A stretch of 37,284 nt of DNA from Candidatus Zambryskiibacteriota bacterium. Lineage in GTDB: Bacteria; Patescibacteriota; Minisyncoccia; Phycocordibacterales; DATDWN01. The stretch lies in the NCBI GenBank assembly GCA_009694965.1, contig SIBV01000003.1, positions 1 to 37,284 of the forward strand, written 5' to 3'. The position numbers were made by a program, and so were the translations under genes. This document shows, piece after piece, positions 34,385-37,284 of the stretch (its first letter is position 1; every line of letters begins with the position of its first letter). The notes beneath the pieces were generated by a model. The model saw only the letters and a list, made by a program, of their open reading frames with translations. It ran no database searches and was not told the DNA's origin.

Positions 34385-35722
34385 TTACACAAAGATAGAC
34401 CTTAATTGATTTATTTCTTGTATAAGTAAATCATCCATTTTCATATCATTTTTTATTTTTTCACAGGAGTGCATAACAGTTGTATGATCTCTTCCCCCAA
34501 GCTTCTCCCCTATTGCTGGGTATGAGATGTTGAAATCCTCTCTCAAGATGTACATTATTATTTGTCTCGGTTTTATGATTTCTTTTTTTCTGGTTTTATC
34601 GTAAATCAACTGCTCTTCTATGTTATAAAATTCTGCAACAGTTTTAACGACCTCTTTTGCAGAAACCAATTTTTTAGGTTTTGTGTTGTTTTTTACAAAA
34701 TTTTTCACTTCAGAAAGAGACAGTTCTCTATTTTTAAGTTCGGACTGACATGTGATGGAGTTTATAATACCCTCAAGCTCTCGTATATTACCGGTTACTG
34801 AGTAAGCTAGGTATTCCACAATATCTTTTGATAGAGGATACTGGCTTGAGCTTGATTTTGTTCTAGTGATTGCTGCACGAGACTCGTTATCTGGTGTTGG
34901 TATGTCTACTGTCATCCCAGCGCTAAATCTAGACTTCAGCCTATCCTCCAAGTCTTGGATAAGTCCAGGGTGCTTATCGGATGAAAATATAATTTGTTTA
35001 TTGTTTTCGTATAGGTGGTTGAACAAGTGGAACAACTGTTCTTGTAACTGCATTTTCCCAGAGAAAAACTGGATATCATCCATAATCAGAACATCATACT
35101 TTCGGTACTTTTCTTTGAAAAAGTTAGGTTTGTTTAGTTGTAGAGCATTAACATACTCCTGAGAAAACTTTTCTGAAGTCGTATAAAAAACCTTTTTGTT
35201 ACTAGTGTTCTTCATATGGTTGCCCACTGCTTGTATGAGGTGTGTTTTTCCGTGTCCTGTTCCCCCATAGATAAACAGAGGGTTATAAACTATTCCAGGC
35301 TTTTTTATGATTGCCTGACTTGCGGCATGAGCGAACTCGTTAAATGGTCCAACAATAAAAGATTCAAAGGTATAGCGTGGATTCAAGTTATCCTCTTTGT
35401 TTATGTAAACATCAGCGATAGGAAGTTCTTTTGTTGTTTGGGTGATTTTTTCTACAACAGGCTTATCTTTTGAGCCGACTTTGGAAATTACATAATGAAG
35501 TGATTGTATGTTGGTTGAGATATTTCGGAGGCCCTTTAGAATTGCATTGTGAAACTTACTACCCAACCAATCTTGAACGAAAGTGTTTGGAACTCCGAGA
35601 TATACAGCCCCATCCTCTTGTTTTACAATGGATGTGTCTTTGAACCAAGTGTTGAAGTTCGGTTTAGAGAGTGTTAACTCCATTTCGATGAGGACGCTAT
35701 CCCAGAGTTTTTTGTTATCCAT
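34385..35722 (-). CDS. dnaA: Chromosomal replication initiator
   Basis: LNPRYTFESF, YNPLFIYGGTGHGKTHL, DDIQF, NIRELEG, GGRDHTTVMHS. Confidence 0.98.
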   Translation of the reverse strand: MDNKKLWDSVLIEMELTLSKPNFNTWFKDTSIVKQEDGAVYLGVPNTFVQDWLGSKFHNAILKGLRNISTNIQSLHYVISKVGSKDKPVVEKITQTTKELPIADVYINKEDNLNPRYTFESFIVGPFNEFAHAASQAIIKKPGIVYNPLFIYGGTGHGKTHLIQAVGNHMKNTSNKKVFYTTSEKFSQEYVNALQLNKPNFFKEKYRKYDVLIMDDIQFFSGKMQLQEQLFHLFNHLYENNKQIIFSSDKHPGLIQDLEDRLKSRFSAGMTVDIPTPDNESRAAITRTKSSSSQYPLSKDIVEYLAYSVTGNIRELEGIINSITCQSELKNRELSLSEVKNFVKNNTKPKKLVSAKEVVKTVAEFYNIEEQLIYDKTRKKEIIKPRQIIMYILREDFNISYPAIGEKLGGRDHTTVMHSCEKIKNDMKMDDLLIQEINQLRSIFV

Positions 35723-35792
35723 ATTGAATTACATTATATAGTGAATGAAAAAATATAATACTTGTTAAAAACCTCAAGATATGTTAGTAATA

Positions 35793-35812
35793 TGTGTATA
35801 TGGTGTGGATAG
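35793..35812. promoter_or_regulatory. Two DnaA-box-like sites upstream of dnaA
   Basis: TGTGTATAT 35793 and TGTGGATAG 35804, 11 bp apart. Confidence 0.5.
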
Positions 35813-35818
35813 GTAAAC

Positions 35819-35911
35819 ATACGAATGATGCGAATGTATGCGAATAATACAACCAAATCATAATTCTATTCGTAGTCATTCGTAGATTCGCATTATTCGT
35901 TAATTCGTATA
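35819..35911. repeat. (TACGAAT)n...(ATTCGTA)n hairpin, copy 4
   Basis: Right end ATTATTCGTTAATTCGTATATT is identical to that of copy 2. Confidence 0.8.
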
Positions 35912-35920
35912 TTAAATTCA

Positions 35921-36058
35921 ATGTCTCAAACATACCAACCAAAAAAGAGAAAGAGAGCGAAGTCACACGGTTTTCTAGCTAGAAGTAAGTCAAAAACAGG
36001 CAGAAACACTATTTTAAGAAGAAGAAGAAAGGGTCGGGCTAAACTGAGTACAGTCTAA
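35921..36058 (+). CDS. rpmH: 50S ribosomal protein L34 (below the ORF-track cutoff)
   Basis: [45 protein letters not shown]. Confidence 0.96.
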   Translation: MSQTYQPKKRKRAKSHGFLARSKSKTGRNTILRRRRKGRAKLSTV

Positions 36059-36060
36059 AC

Positions 36061-36147
36061 AGTTTGTAAAGTCCATAAAGTTTGTAAAGTCCATAAAGTA
36101 GACTAGTTTCAACTTTATAACTTTACAAACTTTTAACTTTATAAACT
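36061..36147. repeat. Inverted short-tandem-repeat hairpin with ~9-nt units (TAAAGT.../...ACTTTA)
   Basis: AGTTTGTAAAGTCCATAA x2, then ACTTTATAACTTTACAAACTTTTAACTTTATAAACT; a lone right arm lies at 15159-15192. Confidence 0.75.
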
Positions 36148-36155
36148 AATATCTC

Positions 36156-36518
36156 ATGTTACCTAAAAAAAATAGGATATCTAGAAGAGAAATCGAGGTA
36201 ATTTTGAAAAACGGATCAAGGTACAACTCCCCTAATCTTTTGATGTATTTGTACAAAAACGGAAAAGAGAAAAAACTGCAAAACAGTCAGTTTTCATTCT
36301 CTATTTCAAAGAAAATTTCTAAAAATGCTGTTGATAGGAATAAACAGAGAAGGAGGGGTTACTCTGTAATAAACAAGCATATAGATAAAATAAAAGATGG
36401 GTATTATTGCATGTTTGTTTTTAAAAAGGGGTCAGGGTCAATAAAATACGAAAACCTAGAAAAGGAAATATTGGAGTTACTTTCTGAATCAAATGTGTTT
36501 TACCCCCACACCAAATAA
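36156..36518 (+). CDS. rnpA: RNase P protein subunit
   Basis: MLPKKNRI, FSISKKISKNAVDRNKQRRR (RNR motif); position between rpmH and yidC. Confidence 0.93.
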   Translation: MLPKKNRISRREIEVILKNGSRYNSPNLLMYLYKNGKEKKLQNSQFSFSISKKISKNAVDRNKQRRRGYSVINKHIDKIKDGYYCMFVFKKGSGSIKYENLEKEILELLSESNVFYPHTK

Positions 36519-36582
36519 GACAATATGCCTAGTATAAAAACTATTTTTGTTTAAAATTTGGTTTAAATTTGGTGTGGGGGTA
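36501..36582. mobile_element. MITE-like element, copy 2, overlapping the rnpA 3' end
   Basis: TACCCCCACACCAAAT ... ATTTGGTGTGGGGGTA perfect 16-bp TIR. Confidence 0.7.
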
Positions 36583-36592
36583 TAATAACCCA

Positions 36593-37284
36593 ATGATAGC
36601 CTTATTTCACACACTAATATCTGAACCATTATATAACGGATTCATCTTTCTTATGGGTGCTTTACCGTTTTTTGACGCTGGAGTGATTATTTTTATTTTT
36701 ACGATAATAGTTAAGCTTCTCCTCCTTCCCCTATCCATAAAAGCTTCAAAAGCTCAGATCCAGATGAAGGGTACAGAAAAAGACCTACAATTAATTAAAG
36801 ATAAGTACAAAGATAACAAAGAGGAACAGTCACGAAAGACCCTTGATTACTATAAAGAAAAAGGCATAAACCCATTTGCTAGTATTTTCATTCTTTTGAT
36901 TCAACTGCCGATTCTTATCGGTTTGTACCAGGTTTTCATTAAATCAGGACTTCCTCAAATCAACACAGCGCTACTATACTCGTTTGTTCCCTCCCCAGCA
37001 TCAATAGATATGGTTTTTCTAGGATTAATAAATATTTCTGACAAGAGTTTTGTGTTGGCAATAATTGCTGGTGTGACGACTTATTTCCAAATAAAGCTAT
37101 CAAGTGCCGCAGTAGAAGGAAGTGCTCCTCAAAGTGAAATTGCTAAGATGATGACGATGCAAATGAAGTATTTTTTCCCAATACTAATGACAATAATCGC
37201 CTATACAATCTCCTCAGCAATCGCACTTTATCTTATTACTAGTAACTTATTTGCTATAGGACAGGAAATATATATAAAGAAGAA
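36593..37284 (+). CDS. yidC: Membrane protein insertase YidC/Oxa1, runs off the window end
   Basis: FTIIVKLLLLPLS, YYKEKGINPF, LIQLPILIGLY, MKYFFP, ALYLITSNLF..GQ. Confidence 0.93.
   Translation, partial: MIALFHTLISEPLYNGFIFLMGALPFFDAGVIIFIFTIIVKLLLLPLSIKASKAQIQMKGTEKDLQLIKDKYKDNKEEQSRKTLDYYKEKGINPFASIFILLIQLPILIGLYQVFIKSGLPQINTALLYSFVPSPASIDMVFLGLINISDKSFVLAIIAGVTTYFQIKLSSAAVEGSAPQSEIAKMMTMQMKYFFPILMTIIAYTISSAIALYLITSNLFAIGQEIYIKK

Noticed and set aside
8253-35473. Antisense ORFs within polA, lepA, murJ, gatB, tyrS, dnaN and dnaA
   Set aside because: Shadow frames of well-conserved genes with no independent motifs

Overview
AT-rich bacterial chromosome segment spanning the replication origin: yidC-rnpA-rpmH divergent from dnaA-oriC-dnaN and a DciA-like gene. 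It carries housekeeping genes (rpsT, ruvA/B/C, mutM, holA, polA, tsaE, pilB-like ATPase, yebC, lepA, murJ, gatB, obg, tyrS, a class A PBP), two tRNAs and RNase P RNA. Gene content, compact proteins, tRNA-Arg(GCG) and -10 boxes just upstream of start codons suggest a Patescibacteria/CPR (Parcubacteria-like) genome using code 11; this is an inference. The most notable feature is a dense set of short palindromic elements from several families. One family, built from inverted arrays of 7-nt repeats, occurs between genes and also in frame inside lepA and gatB and inside a helix of RNase P RNA. In lepA the stop codons the repeat would encode read as Ser. Other hairpins sit in frame in ruvA and ruvC and upstream of both ruvA and ruvB. 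A REP-flanked RAYT-like HUH transposase, a chimeric HTH/half-RAYT gene, an unannotated ATT-start MerR-type gene and a phased DnaA-box cluster form a small island next to rnpB. All calls were made by eye from motifs; no database searches were run.
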